From Actinomycetales bacterium (GTDB lineage: Bacteria; Actinomycetota; Actinomycetes; Actinomycetales; CAVURS01), in the NCBI GenBank assembly GCA_045807245.1, contig JBJMHS010000011.1:47326-67325 (forward strand): a stretch of DNA of 20,000 nt, given 5' to 3'. The stretch's first letter is position 1, and each line of letters opens with the position of its first letter. Under the pieces are notes generated by a model. That model saw only the letters and a program-made list of their open reading frames with translations, was not told the origin of the DNA and made no database searches. This document shows, one piece after another, positions 9,119 to 17,727 of the stretch. A program made the position numbers and the translations under genes.

Positions 9119-9562
9119 TCAGTCGTCTCCGCCGCCGTCGTCGCCACCCTGGTCCCCGTCATCCTCGTGATCGCCTGAGTGGCTACCGGATCGGCTGTCC
9201 TCGCCCTGGTCGTCGTTGTCGTCGCCCTGGTCATCCTCGTTCGCGTCGTCGTGCTCGCGGCTCGAGGATGAGCTGGCGCTCGCGTGGTGGTGCTTGTGGG
9301 TCGGCCGTGCCGTGGGCGTGGCCTTCTGCTCGTCGCCCTGGTCGTCGTCGCCCTGAGCGTCCGCGTCCTCGCCCTGGTCGTCCGCGTCCGCCGTGTCCTC
9401 GGCCTCGCTCGTGCTGGCGGCCGTAGGGGTGGGTGTCTGCACGGTCGTGGACGTGTCCTGAGATGTCAGCCCGGGTGTGGCGGAGGCTGCGTAGGCGCCG
9501 CCGAGGACGAGCGCCGCCGCCGCGGCAACGAGCGTGACGGCGCGCTTGGTGGTGAGCTTCAT
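9119..9562 (-). CDS. Secreted acidic low-complexity protein (DDQGED repeats), 147 aa
   Basis: Signal peptide MKLTTKRAVTLVAAAAALVLGGAYAASA followed by D/E/G/Q-rich repeats and HKHHH. Confidence 0.8.
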   Translation of the reverse strand: MKLTTKRAVTLVAAAAALVLGGAYAASATPGLTSQDTSTTVQTPTPTAASTSEAEDTADADDQGEDADAQGDDDQGDEQKATPTARPTHKHHHASASSSSSREHDDANEDDQGDDNDDQGEDSRSGSHSGDHEDDGDQGGDDGGGDD

Positions 9563-9568
9563 GCCCGG

Positions 9569-9597
9569 ACAACGACAGGCAGCAACGAGGCGTTACA
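9569..9597 (-). promoter_or_regulatory. ECF-sigma-like promoter TGTAAC-N17-CGTTGT (copy 3), leaderless geometry
   Basis: Minus strand TGTAACGCCTCGTTGCTGCCTGTCGTTGT-CCGGGC-ATG; no SD present. Confidence 0.6.
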
Positions 9598-9750
9598 GAC
9601 GGTCGGTGCCCGTTCACCCAATCGGAGTACCGCCATGCGCCGCTCAGCTCTTGCAGCATCAACCGAGACGGTGTCAACCATCCGCCGAAGCACCGTCAAG
9701 CCTCACCCGAAGGCCAAAGGAGAAGCATCAGGCGGAGTCACACACGGGGA

Positions 9751-9790
9751 TGGTGGGCCCCGTGGGGATCGAACCCACAACCCGCGGATT
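9751..9790 (-). mobile_element. att site: 3' half of a tRNA (probably tRNA-Lys)
   Basis: Minus strand AATCCGCGGGTTGTGGGTTCGATCCCCACGGGGCCCACCA contains the 3' anticodon stem, T-arm (GTGGG-TTCGATC-CCCAC), acceptor strand and CCA. Similarity stops within the anticodon loop and no D-arm is present; it lies 160 nt from the integrase stop. Lys identity is inferred from recalled actinobacterial tRNA-Lys sequences because the anticodon is absent. Confidence 0.85.
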
Positions 9791-9949
9791 TACTCTCTGC
9801 GAACTAGCAGCCAGCGCCGATGCCAGTCAACTCGGCTGTAACACAGATCGATTCATGACCAGGCATCACTAGATGTCACTCAGATCAACCGTCAATCCGG
9901 GGGATATCAGGGGGATCGAGACGCTCAGCCATCGTGCCTGGACGGGCCC

Positions 9950-11176
9950 CTACAGCAGGTCGGCCGCGGCCTTCGTGGCGACCTTGCGGCCCATGTAGAC
10001 GTCCTGGGTGAGGGAGGGCCGGGCGTGGCCGAGTTGGTCGGCGATCTGCCGCGCGGACAGGCCAGCTTCGTCGAGCGTGGTGGCGACGGTCTTGCGGAAG
10101 GTGTGGGAGGTGACCCAGTCGAACCCGAGGGGGTCCAGCACGCGGCGGAGGTCGTCGGCGGTGTTGGACGGGTCGCGCAACTTGCCGCCCGGGGAGGGGA
10201 ACACGGTGCCCTCGGGTCCGATCAAGCCGTTTTCTTGCCGGTGGCGGAGCATCTGCACGGCGGCGGGGGACAGAGCCAGGACGCGCCAGCCGGCCGCGGT
10301 CTTGGGGCGTGTCTGGATCTGCATGCCCTGGCCGGGCACGCGGATCATGGTGGCGTTGACCTCCACGGTGCCCGCGTCGAGGTCGATGTTCTTCCAGCCC
10401 AGGGCGATGGCCTCGCCGATGCGGCAGCCGGTGCGGAGCATGAACTCGATCAGGTCGGCGACGTCATAGCGCTGGGCGACCTCGCTGGTCGCCATCTTGC
10501 CCAGGAGGTTGTCCCGCGCGTCCTGGGTGAGGGCGCGGGGCTGCTCGGCGACCGACTTGCCCCGCTTGCCGGTCGTGGGCCGCTTCGTCGAGAGCTTGGC
10601 GGCGTTGCGGACGGGGTTGGCGGCGATGGCGCCGTGGCGGACGGCCAGGCCGAGGATGCCGGACAGGACCGCGCGGGCGGTCTTTGCGCTGCCGGGGCCA
10701 TGGTCGGCGCCGATTGTGCGCAGGAACCGGTCCACGTTCGGTGCTCGGACCTCGCTGAGCGCCAGTTCGCCCATGATCGGGGTGACGTAGTTGTCGACCG
10801 CGTAGTGGTACAGCGTGCGGGTGCCCTGAGCCAGGTCCCGCTCGTCGACCTCCCGAAGCCAGGCCTGGGCGGTCAACGACACCGTGCTCTCTGGGCGCAG
10901 GTCGCCCACCGATGGGTCGGAGGGGGTGAGCCGATCCCGCAGGGCAGACAGCAGGGACTGCTCCGCGGCGGACTTCTTGTCCGACCACCGCTCGATCTCC
11001 CGCAGCCTGCCGTCCAGGTCTCGGTACTTGGCCCGGGCCCGCCATCGTTCGGACTGGTGACCGCGTGTCCGGCTGCTCTCGGGCACACTCGCCCACGATC
11101 CGCTGCCAGCGTCCCAGCGGAACGGCGTCAGCGACACCCGTCCCCACGTCCCGACCTGTGTGCGTGGTCTGGCCAT
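9950..11176 (-). CDS. int: Tyrosine recombinase / phage-type integrase, 408 aa
   Basis: Catalytic set intact: TGCRIGE (R), PKT (K), HTFRK (HxxR), LGH, DVY (Y). N-terminal arm-binding-like region WRARAKYRDLDGR. TAGAGT -10 box 6 nt before ATG (leaderless geometry). Confidence 0.95.
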   Translation of the reverse strand: MARPRTQVGTWGRVSLTPFRWDAGSGSWASVPESSRTRGHQSERWRARAKYRDLDGRLREIERWSDKKSAAEQSLLSALRDRLTPSDPSVGDLRPESTVSLTAQAWLREVDERDLAQGTRTLYHYAVDNYVTPIMGELALSEVRAPNVDRFLRTIGADHGPGSAKTARAVLSGILGLAVRHGAIAANPVRNAAKLSTKRPTTGKRGKSVAEQPRALTQDARDNLLGKMATSEVAQRYDVADLIEFMLRTGCRIGEAIALGWKNIDLDAGTVEVNATMIRVPGQGMQIQTRPKTAAGWRVLALSPAAVQMLRHRQENGLIGPEGTVFPSPGGKLRDPSNTADDLRRVLDPLGFDWVTSHTFRKTVATTLDEAGLSARQIADQLGHARPSLTQDVYMGRKVATKAAADLL

Positions 11177-11551
11177 AGCTCCACTCTAGGGCAAAGGGGG
11201 GAGAAGTAAGAGGGTTTCAGAGAACGAACCGTGCTGTGGCTCAACGGTTTCCGTTTGGTAACTCTTTGCCGCAGGGGACCAGACATGCGACACCGGGCGT
11301 CGCCAGAACATCCGAGACCTTTTTCTGGTCGCTTGTCAGCGCATCCCTGCAGGTCGCAAACGGTAAGCATGTTTGTGCAGTACTTGTCGTTGGGAGGAAT
11401 CGGACACTGGTCTGGAATGACCCGCGCCAGCGGGAAGTTGACGGCCGTGCGAGGGAGAGGTCACGGCGGACACCGAGCCCCCACAGAGGCGAAACGTCCC
11501 GGGAACAACGACTAGCCGACCAGCATCGGTCGGCACCCGGAGGTGGGGACG

Positions 11552-11755
11552 ATGAAGCCCTTGAACGTGAAGCGCGCCGCGCTCTTGAAGACCGCCGAGG
11601 TGGGCACCCTGACCGGGCTCGCGCCCGCGCACCTCGCCAACATGCGATCCCAGGGCCGTGGGCCCCGGTTCGTTCGGCTGGGCGCTGCGGTTCGCTACCG
11701 GCGCGAGGACGTCGAGGCGTGGATCGCAGACCACACCGTCGAGACGAGCCGGTGA
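11552..11755 (+). CDS. Excisionase-like HTH (AlpA/HTH_17) protein, 67 aa
   Basis: SD GGAGGT; LLKTAEVGTLTGLAPAHLANMRSQGRGPRFVRLGAAVRYRREDVEAWI is a typical Xis/AlpA wHTH. Confidence 0.9.
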   Translation: MKPLNVKRAALLKTAEVGTLTGLAPAHLANMRSQGRGPRFVRLGAAVRYRREDVEAWIADHTVETSR

Positions 11756-12765
11756 TGGCTCCCGATCAGTTGATCCCCATGCAGCGGACCTCTGAAGTGG
11801 ATGCCGGCATCCCCCGTGCCAAGTGGTTCAAGACCGTGGGCGAACTGGAGTGCGAGTTGGCCGCCGAGCCCAAGTTCCTGGTCGAGGGCATCGTCAGCAC
11901 GACGGTGACGATGCTGGCTGGTGCGCCGTACTCCGGCAAGTCCTCTCTGACCGACTCTTTAGGAGCTGCCCTGGTGACTGGAGAGGACACCTGGCTTGGC
12001 CGCGCGATCGAGCCCGGCGAGCACCGAGTCGGCTACGTAGTGACGGACCCGGGCGCCGTGGCGGAGGCACAGGAGCGGCTGGCTCTCCTGGCTCCCGAAG
12101 CGACGGACCGGCTGCTGATCGCTCGCTTCAACCACAACGATCCGAATCAGACCTGGCTGGCCTTGGCCGCGGAACTGGCCGAAGCGGGCGCGGACCTCAT
12201 GATCGTCGACAACTTGCTCGGTGCCATGCCGCCGGGCTGCGACCCGTCCAACGCCGAGCACGCCCGTGCGTTCATCCAGCAAATGGACCAGGCTCGCGAT
12301 TTCGGGCTGGCGCTCCTCGTGGCCCACCACACGGCCAAGTCCGGCCTCGGCAACTCTGGCAAGTCTCCCTTGGGCTCGCAGCTGTGGAGGGCCTGGCCGC
12401 AGGCCTCGATCCTCCTGCAGAAGTCGTCCGAGACGATCCGGCGCCTGGAGATCGAGACCAACGTCGGGATGAGCACCAGCATGACCCTGACTATGTCCTA
12501 CGGGACAGGGGCCCCGCTGTTCACGGTGACCACCAACGAGAGCCGGAAGTCTGAGCGAGGCACCGAACGTATGGACCGTTACCAAGACGCGGCTAACTGG
12601 ATCGTGACCGTCCACCCCATGGTCAAGCGCAAGAGCGAGCTGGCCAAACTCCTGGCCGAGGAGTTCGGGGGCGCCGCTAGCACCTGGGAGAAGGACCTCG
12701 GCCCCAAGTACATCCTGGGCGGGATGTTGACCTGCGTCGAAGGGGTCGGCTGGTCCCTGCGCTAG
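11755..12765 (+). CDS. AAA_25 / RepA-like (SF4-type) ATPase-helicase, 336 aa
   Basis: TGATG coupling to the HTH gene; FLVEGIV, Walker A GAPYSGKS, Walker B LMIVDNL, LLVAHHTAK and GS...AW motifs; HTH-like C-terminus. The track start 11236 looks over-extended. Confidence 0.85.
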   Translation: MAPDQLIPMQRTSEVDAGIPRAKWFKTVGELECELAAEPKFLVEGIVSTTVTMLAGAPYSGKSSLTDSLGAALVTGEDTWLGRAIEPGEHRVGYVVTDPGAVAEAQERLALLAPEATDRLLIARFNHNDPNQTWLALAAELAEAGADLMIVDNLLGAMPPGCDPSNAEHARAFIQQMDQARDFGLALLVAHHTAKSGLGNSGKSPLGSQLWRAWPQASILLQKSSETIRRLEIETNVGMSTSMTLTMSYGTGAPLFTVTTNESRKSERGTERMDRYQDAANWIVTVHPMVKRKSELAKLLAEEFGGAASTWEKDLGPKYILGGMLTCVEGVGWSLR

Positions 12766-12767
12766 CG

Positions 12768-12788
12768 GGTTACCGGTTACCCGTTACC
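12768..12788. repeat. 3 x 7-bp (G/C)GTTACC tandem repeat, possible ori/iteron
   Basis: GGTTACC GGTTACC CGTTACC directly after the ATPase stop codon. Confidence 0.6.
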
Positions 12789-13451
12789 CCCTCTGTGTGG
12801 GAGTAAACCGTTCCCACCCATTCACCCCACTCAATGATCGCCGGCCGCCCTCGGGCGGGTTCCGGCGAGTGGATGAGGGGGAGGGGCGGCCAGCCCCGAC
12901 CCAACCGGGCGAGGCTCGAAGGCCTCGCCGACCGGTACTACCAATCCATCGGGCGGCGTCGCTGCGCCGCCCTAGGTACTACGGACTAAGCAAGGGCGGG
13001 CGCCATCACGGCGGCCCGCCCGCTGGATGTAGTTGTGGTTCCGTTGGGTGGGCACCAGCCACCCGACGGATGTGGTTGCCTCTCGCTGGCTTCTCACCAG
13101 GTAGGTACCTCGACGATTCTCATCTTCGGCGGCCAACTATCCCCGCGCCGATCACCTCCCACCGCATCGGTGGGTCTCCCGGCGGCGGAGTCCTGCCCGC
13201 CGACGGTTCGTAAGCCGCAATCGCCGCGTCGCCGCAGTTGGGAGTCTTCCCGTCCAGGGTGTGAGCTGAACCCTCGGCACATGGCCGGCTGGGGCTGATG
13301 CCGTGCCGCAGTTGGCCTTCGACGGCTCGGCACGGGTAGTAGGGAAGGTGCGTAGGGGTACCACAGGTGTGAGGTTGGCGGACCCTGCCATCTCGGTGAC
13401 GGTTGGGGCGCGGCGCGCCCTGGTGGCTGTGGCGCTGGGCAGAATGGGCGG

Positions 13452-13970
13452 GTGAGTCGACCCCGCTTTGAGCTCCCGGAAGGGGTCTGGGCGGTCGAGT
13501 ACGCGCAAGGTCTGCGTCTCCGAGGCTATGAGCAGGCTGTCGCGGAAGCGGCTGAGAGGCTGCGGGTCCTGAAGGATGAAGCGGAGGGCTACTCGGTTCG
13601 GCTTGGCTCGTGGTCTTTGCAGGTCTCGGAGTACGTACCTGCAATGAGGCGCGAGAAGATCGTGACGATGCCCGGTCACGCGTGGAACATCGCGGCATCG
13701 GTCCTGCGGGACGCCGCATACGGCGAGTATCGGCAGAACCCCTTTGACTTCGGCGAGGTCGGCTATCTCCGCCCTCGCCCTCGTCCTGACATCGGCGTTG
13801 AGGTTCTCATTGACCCCGCCTTGGCTGAGATCGGACCGCCGTACTTTAGGCAATGCCCGCGTTGTCTCCTGAACTCACCAGTATCCGCCCAGAGAGAGGA
13901 AGCGGCGGCGTGGCTGGACGCCCACGAGCCGGAGCATCAACTCAGCGAGGGTCGTGCTAACAACTGGTGA
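13452..13970 (+). CDS. Hypothetical protein, 172 aa, with C-terminal CxxC..H..H possible Zn-binding site
   Basis: CAGAAT -10-like box 6 nt before GTG (leaderless geometry); QCPRC...WLDAHEPEH. Confidence 0.65.
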   Translation: MSRPRFELPEGVWAVEYAQGLRLRGYEQAVAEAAERLRVLKDEAEGYSVRLGSWSLQVSEYVPAMRREKIVTMPGHAWNIAASVLRDAAYGEYRQNPFDFGEVGYLRPRPRPDIGVEVLIDPALAEIGPPYFRQCPRCLLNSPVSAQREEAAAWLDAHEPEHQLSEGRANNW

Positions 13971-14135
13971 GGTTGCTCAAACCAGTGGTCAGGAGGACTC
14001 AGCGCTGCACGGATCGGGGCAGATCCGGTGGATCCGTAACGGGCCCTGGAGATGCCGTGACAAGACTGGTGGGTATCAGCCGCACGCCCAACGTGTCAGC
14101 GGGCGTGCCCGAGCGGACCATGTCACGCTCGCCGC

Positions 14136-14642
14136 ATGACGCAACCCAGTCAATCAGGATGGGGTCAGCGGCTCATCGCAATCGCGAACCCGTTTCACCG
14201 ACCCAAACTCACCGTCGTCGTCCTGGGCTGTGCCGCGGCTTGGCAGCTTGCTACCGCCGCCGCGGGTTTCCGCGCTGGCGAGCCAAAGAGGGCCCTGGTG
14301 AACGTCGGGATTGCCGCGGTGGGCTTGACCACGATGATCGTTGCCCTCCGGCGACTGGGCGCGGAACGTCGGGGTGAACCACCGAAGGTGGCATCGGAGC
14401 GATCGGCCCGGTTCTTCCTCAACGGCCTGCCGGTGGTCGGGGTCATCCTGGCCGGGCTATGTGTTTGGGCGGGTATAGCTACGAACCGGGCCAACAGGTA
14501 CCTGTTCTTCGTTCTCGCGGTCTGGCTGCTGCTAGCTGTGCCGTTCTCCCTCTGGCTGCGGGCCAAGGTCAACACCGGGGAAGCCCAGGAACGCCTGCGC
14601 AAGTTCCGCCAGGCGCAACAGCAGCCACCGCCCTGCAAGTAG
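14136..14642 (+). CDS. Membrane protein, 4 predicted TM segments, 168 aa
   Basis: Four hydrophobic stretches; CACGCT 6 nt before ATG. Confidence 0.7.
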   Translation: MTQPSQSGWGQRLIAIANPFHRPKLTVVVLGCAAAWQLATAAAGFRAGEPKRALVNVGIAAVGLTTMIVALRRLGAERRGEPPKVASERSARFFLNGLPVVGVILAGLCVWAGIATNRANRYLFFVLAVWLLLAVPFSLWLRAKVNTGEAQERLRKFRQAQQQPPPCK

Positions 14643-15058
14643 CCAAGCGATACCGTCCTCGCGCGCCGCACCCACGCGGATCGCGGCGGGTCCGACCGGA
14701 TGGGGCACTTCCGGACGTTCGCGGCTGGGCGGACCTCTGAGTCATGCTGAGGTCATGTCTCAGCGCCAGCCATACGTCCTGATCCACGGACTGGACGACT
14801 TGGCGGGTAGCGTCGGCTCATCGCCAAGTGTTGATCGTGGACTCGAAGGCCTTGGCCTCGCTGCAGGATCGACAGCTGCCTACTGCTCCGAAGGCGTCCG
14901 CCGCGGGCCGACCTGGCCGGCGCGCCGGGATGGACGTGGGCGGTTAACGGTCCGAACTGCATCCTCCGTTCGGCCATTTCGGCGTTCCATGGGTAGACGT
15001 GTGGGTCCTGCGACGATCTGCTGGGTCCTCCAGCCCGCAGAAGTTGCAGGAGGCATCC

Positions 15059-15796
15059 GTGAGCGACGTCGATTCGCCAGGCGCACGGCCGAATTGGGGT
15101 CGGCCGCCGGCGGCGTCGGTCCCTGCGAACCAGTCGGTCTACCCCAGCCATGGCGGTGCTCCGCCTGGGCCCTACTACTATTCAGCGCCGTCCCCGGGGC
15201 ATGGCTCGCCGGCTGCCGCTCCACGGCGAACCGGCCGTCGGGTGGCGAAGTTGCTCTTGTCGTGCGTCCTCGGCGTCGTCTGTTTCGTGGGCGCGGGAGC
15301 CATCACGAGGTCGGTGTGGCCTCATGGCCTCGGGCCAGTGCTGGCGGGGAGGAAGGCGGCTTCTAAGGCGACGATCGTGTTCCCTTCGACAGTGCACGGT
15401 CTGAAGCGAGTGGACGGCACGTACGACAAGGCGATCCGACTGTTGCTGGCCAAGGTTCCGGAGGAGGCGAATGCCCGAGGCGCCGTCTACGCGCGCCACG
15501 GTGACTTCCAGGCGATGATCATCGCAGGCGCGTTCAGCATGGGCGCGGCCGACCAGGAGGCGTTCCTGGCCAGCGCCAAGGCATCGGTGGCCGCCCAGGG
15601 ACTCACTGTCCATACTGTCGACCCCGGACCGATGGGCGGACGGATGCAGTGCGGCACAACACGGGATGGCCTCATCACGCAGTGCGCCTACTCGGACTCA
15701 TCGGCTTTCGGGATCGTCCAGGTGACCGGGAAGGGCTCGGCCGCACGCGCGACCGTCTTGGCTCTGCGGGCCGCCACCGAGCGCAAGGTGACCTGA
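15059..15796 (+). CDS. Single-TM membrane-anchored protein with Pro-rich N-terminus and extracytoplasmic domain, 245 aa
   Basis: SD AGGAGG before GTG 15059; TM LLLSCVLGVVCFVGAGAI; VDPGPMGGRMQCG...CAYSD motif typical of actinobacterial surface proteins. Confidence 0.75.
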   Translation: MSDVDSPGARPNWGRPPAASVPANQSVYPSHGGAPPGPYYYSAPSPGHGSPAAAPRRTGRRVAKLLLSCVLGVVCFVGAGAITRSVWPHGLGPVLAGRKAASKATIVFPSTVHGLKRVDGTYDKAIRLLLAKVPEEANARGAVYARHGDFQAMIIAGAFSMGAADQEAFLASAKASVAAQGLTVHTVDPGPMGGRMQCGTTRDGLITQCAYSDSSAFGIVQVTGKGSAARATVLALRAATERKVT

Positions 15797-16025
15797 CCGG
15801 CGTCACAAGAGAATCCCTGCCAACGCCGGCTGTTGCCCGTCCGCGCGGTTGGACCCGCGGGTGCGGTCCCTGTGGATACCGGGCGTTAGGTTGAGCTGCC
15901 CGCAGCCCGGGGAAGTGCGCGCACGCATTCGCGAGTCGTCCTCGCCCACGGCTCCGTCGTCGCTGTCTGGGCAAACACTGAGTCGTGTCTCACTGGTCCG
16001 GAGGATCTGCGGCTTTACATCTATG

Positions 16026-16258
16026 TGTCCGGCCCCTGATCTCCGGTCCAGACGCCGTGTTGGTGAGGGGATGGCGTTCAAGACGGGGCACAACGCTAGT
16101 GGGCCCGACCCGGTAGACCTAAGAACTTTTGGTTGTGCGCTCAAAAGTCAAGGGCGTTATCACTTACTGGACGCGTTGACGGAATGGCGTCAGCACGAGA
16201 ACTGGAAGATCATCCCAAATACGTAGCTGGTGTCCGGCCCTCCTGATTTTTGGTCCAG
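16026..16258. repeat. Two degenerate direct copies of TGTCCGGCCC(TC)CTGAT....GGTCCAG, possible IS terminal-repeat remnants
   Basis: 16026-16051 and 16231-16258; both begin with TG as IS3-family ends do; no transposase ORF found. Confidence 0.45.
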
Positions 16259-16402
16259 TTCCGATTCGTGTGGCACTTCAAGTGCCCGAGCGACCGGTAC
16301 AGCAACACGTTCGGCCCTTACAGTCTCGTCCCTGCCGGTGAGTAAGGACAGGAACGACGGCACCCGCCACCGCTCTGGATGGGTGAACGCCCTTGTCAGC
16401 GA

Positions 16403-16762
16403 TCAGCATTTATGCATGCTGCTTACTTTGATGATCGGATCGCGTTTGGACGTCGGATAGGCCGAGACTTTAAGATCTAAACACCCAAGAGCTTTGTGCG
16501 AGACTGCGTCTTGCACTGTCCATCGCGGAGGTTGGTCAAGACTGGTCGAGCCCGAGGCATGTCCTCCCGCGGGTACCGTGTATGCATCCTCTCGTTTCGT
16601 ACAGTTCGCATTGATGCAGGTCGCTAAGACTACAGGTTCAGATAAATCATTGACGACCAAGACCGGGAACGTCTCTTGATTCAGTGCATCCGAGGCGCCG
16701 CAACCAACGATAGCCAACATGAACGCGGCTGAACTCAGCAAAGGGAAGGACTTAACAAGCAC
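16403..16762 (-). CDS. Putative lipoprotein, 119 aa (candidate immunity protein)
   Basis: Lipobox LAIVG-C after a hydrophobic signal; four further Cys; low-GC codons; starts 5 nt after an upstream stop. Confidence 0.7.
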   Translation of the reverse strand: MLVKSFPLLSSAAFMLAIVGCGASDALNQETFPVLVVNDLSEPVVLATCINANCTKREDAYTVPAGGHASGSTSLDQPPRWTVQDAVSHKALGCLDLKVSAYPTSKRDPIIKVSSMHKC

Positions 16763-16975
16763 GGCGCCTACCAGATGAAGTCGAAGTCTCGGTGCCCATC
16801 CTTACTCCCTAAGTGCGGGTATGTACCGCTGTGGACCGCTCTTGCTGCCATGGTCCCATGGATTGATCGAGCCACGCTTGTGTTCGTCCCCGATGGTCCT
16901 AGCCACGGGATGGCAGGCGTGGCAGCCTCTGTCCGGCCCTGGAGACGTACTTGGCCATCGAGCCGGGCTGCCAGA

Positions 16976-17080
16976 TTAACGGCCCTTGTTGCTCCAGCGC
17001 TTCCAGCCGCCCGTCGCGATGTAGACACAGCCTGCGCCCAGCGGAATTGCGATGACTAGCCAAAGGACGCCATGGCTCAT
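16976..17080 (-). CDS. Single-TM micropeptide, 34 aa: MSHGVLWLVIAIPLGAGCVYIATGGWKRWSNKGR
   Basis: Hand translation; ATG 1 nt after the stop of 17082..17330; similar to 17728..17820. Confidence 0.7.
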   Translation of the reverse strand: MSHGVLWLVIAIPLGAGCVYIATGGWKRWSNKGR

Positions 17081-17081
17081 A

Positions 17082-17330
17082 CTATTTGCCTTCTTCGTTT
17101 GAGTAATGGCCTACGCCATGTTTCCGCGCGAATCTACCAAAGCCGCCCAAAACGAGGAGACCCACCAATACGATCATGACCGGCATGAAAGGCCACAGGG
17201 GGCTGGCGCGAAACCCTGCAGAAAACACCCCGGTGATCAGAAAGATAACACCGACAATGACGATGACAAGGCCGCCCGGCCAGCGCATTCTGTTGTAGCG
17301 GGAGACGTCCTCGTCCGTAGTATCTCGCAT
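17082..17330 (-). CDS. Small 2-TM membrane protein, 82 aa (candidate immunity protein)
   Basis: Two hydrophobic helices and basic tail; TACCCT -10 box 6 nt before ATG. Confidence 0.75.
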   Translation of the reverse strand: MRDTTDEDVSRYNRMRWPGGLVIVIVGVIFLITGVFSAGFRASPLWPFMPVMIVLVGLLVLGGFGRFARKHGVGHYSNEEGK

Positions 17331-17613
17331 TTTGGCAGGGTACTGCTGATCACTAGTGGCCGCATCCGGGGCGGTCCACGGACCGTGCTCGGCCGTGTCG
17401 TCCAGAAAGGCGGGCGCCCGGACCGTGATCGCGGATGTCGCGCAGGTCTAGCAGCCGTGGGAGACGAGAGCTCCGCCGCAGCAGGAAAAGCGCGATTTCT
17501 GACGGCCCGTATGACCGGGCCGCGCAGTTCGCCATCGATCACTCCGGCGCCGCGATGATCTCACTGCCGTCGATGTGTAGATCCGACTACGGCGTGTTGC
17601 GCCTGCGCCTGCG

Positions 17614-17706
17614 CTATTCCTTTGGCTTGGGCCCATAGATAAATCGTAGTACGCCGTACGTGCCCAAGACTGTGACTAAGGCGATCAGCGCCACGAGTAA
17701 AGCCAT
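17614..17706 (-). CDS. Single-TM micropeptide, 30 aa: MALLVALIALVTVLGTYGVLRFIYGPKPKE
   Basis: Hand translation; GGAG upstream; 21 nt downstream of the previous peptide's stop. Confidence 0.55.
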   Translation of the reverse strand: MALLVALIALVTVLGTYGVLRFIYGPKPKE

Positions 17707-17727
17707 CAACGCTTCATCTCCAAGTGT

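Noticed and set aside
9751..9830. Complete tRNA gene
   Set aside because: Similarity ends within the anticodon loop; no D-arm or 5' acceptor strand, so it is an att fragment.
10025..11209. 394-aa + strand ORF
   Set aside because: Antisense shadow of the integrase.
11236..11754. N-terminal extension of the ATPase (509-aa track ORF) as a primase domain
   Set aside because: It overlaps the well-supported HTH gene in another frame and is low-complexity; the TGATG coupling supports a start at 11755.
13152..13853. 233-aa minus-strand ORF
   Set aside because: Overlaps 13452-13970 (+), which has promoter geometry and a better composition.
14755..15366. 203-aa ORF MSQRQPYVLIHG...
   Set aside because: Overlaps the SD-supported 15059 gene and becomes low-complexity; the first codons have CATGCT 6 nt upstream and might be a pseudogene stub, but support is insufficient.
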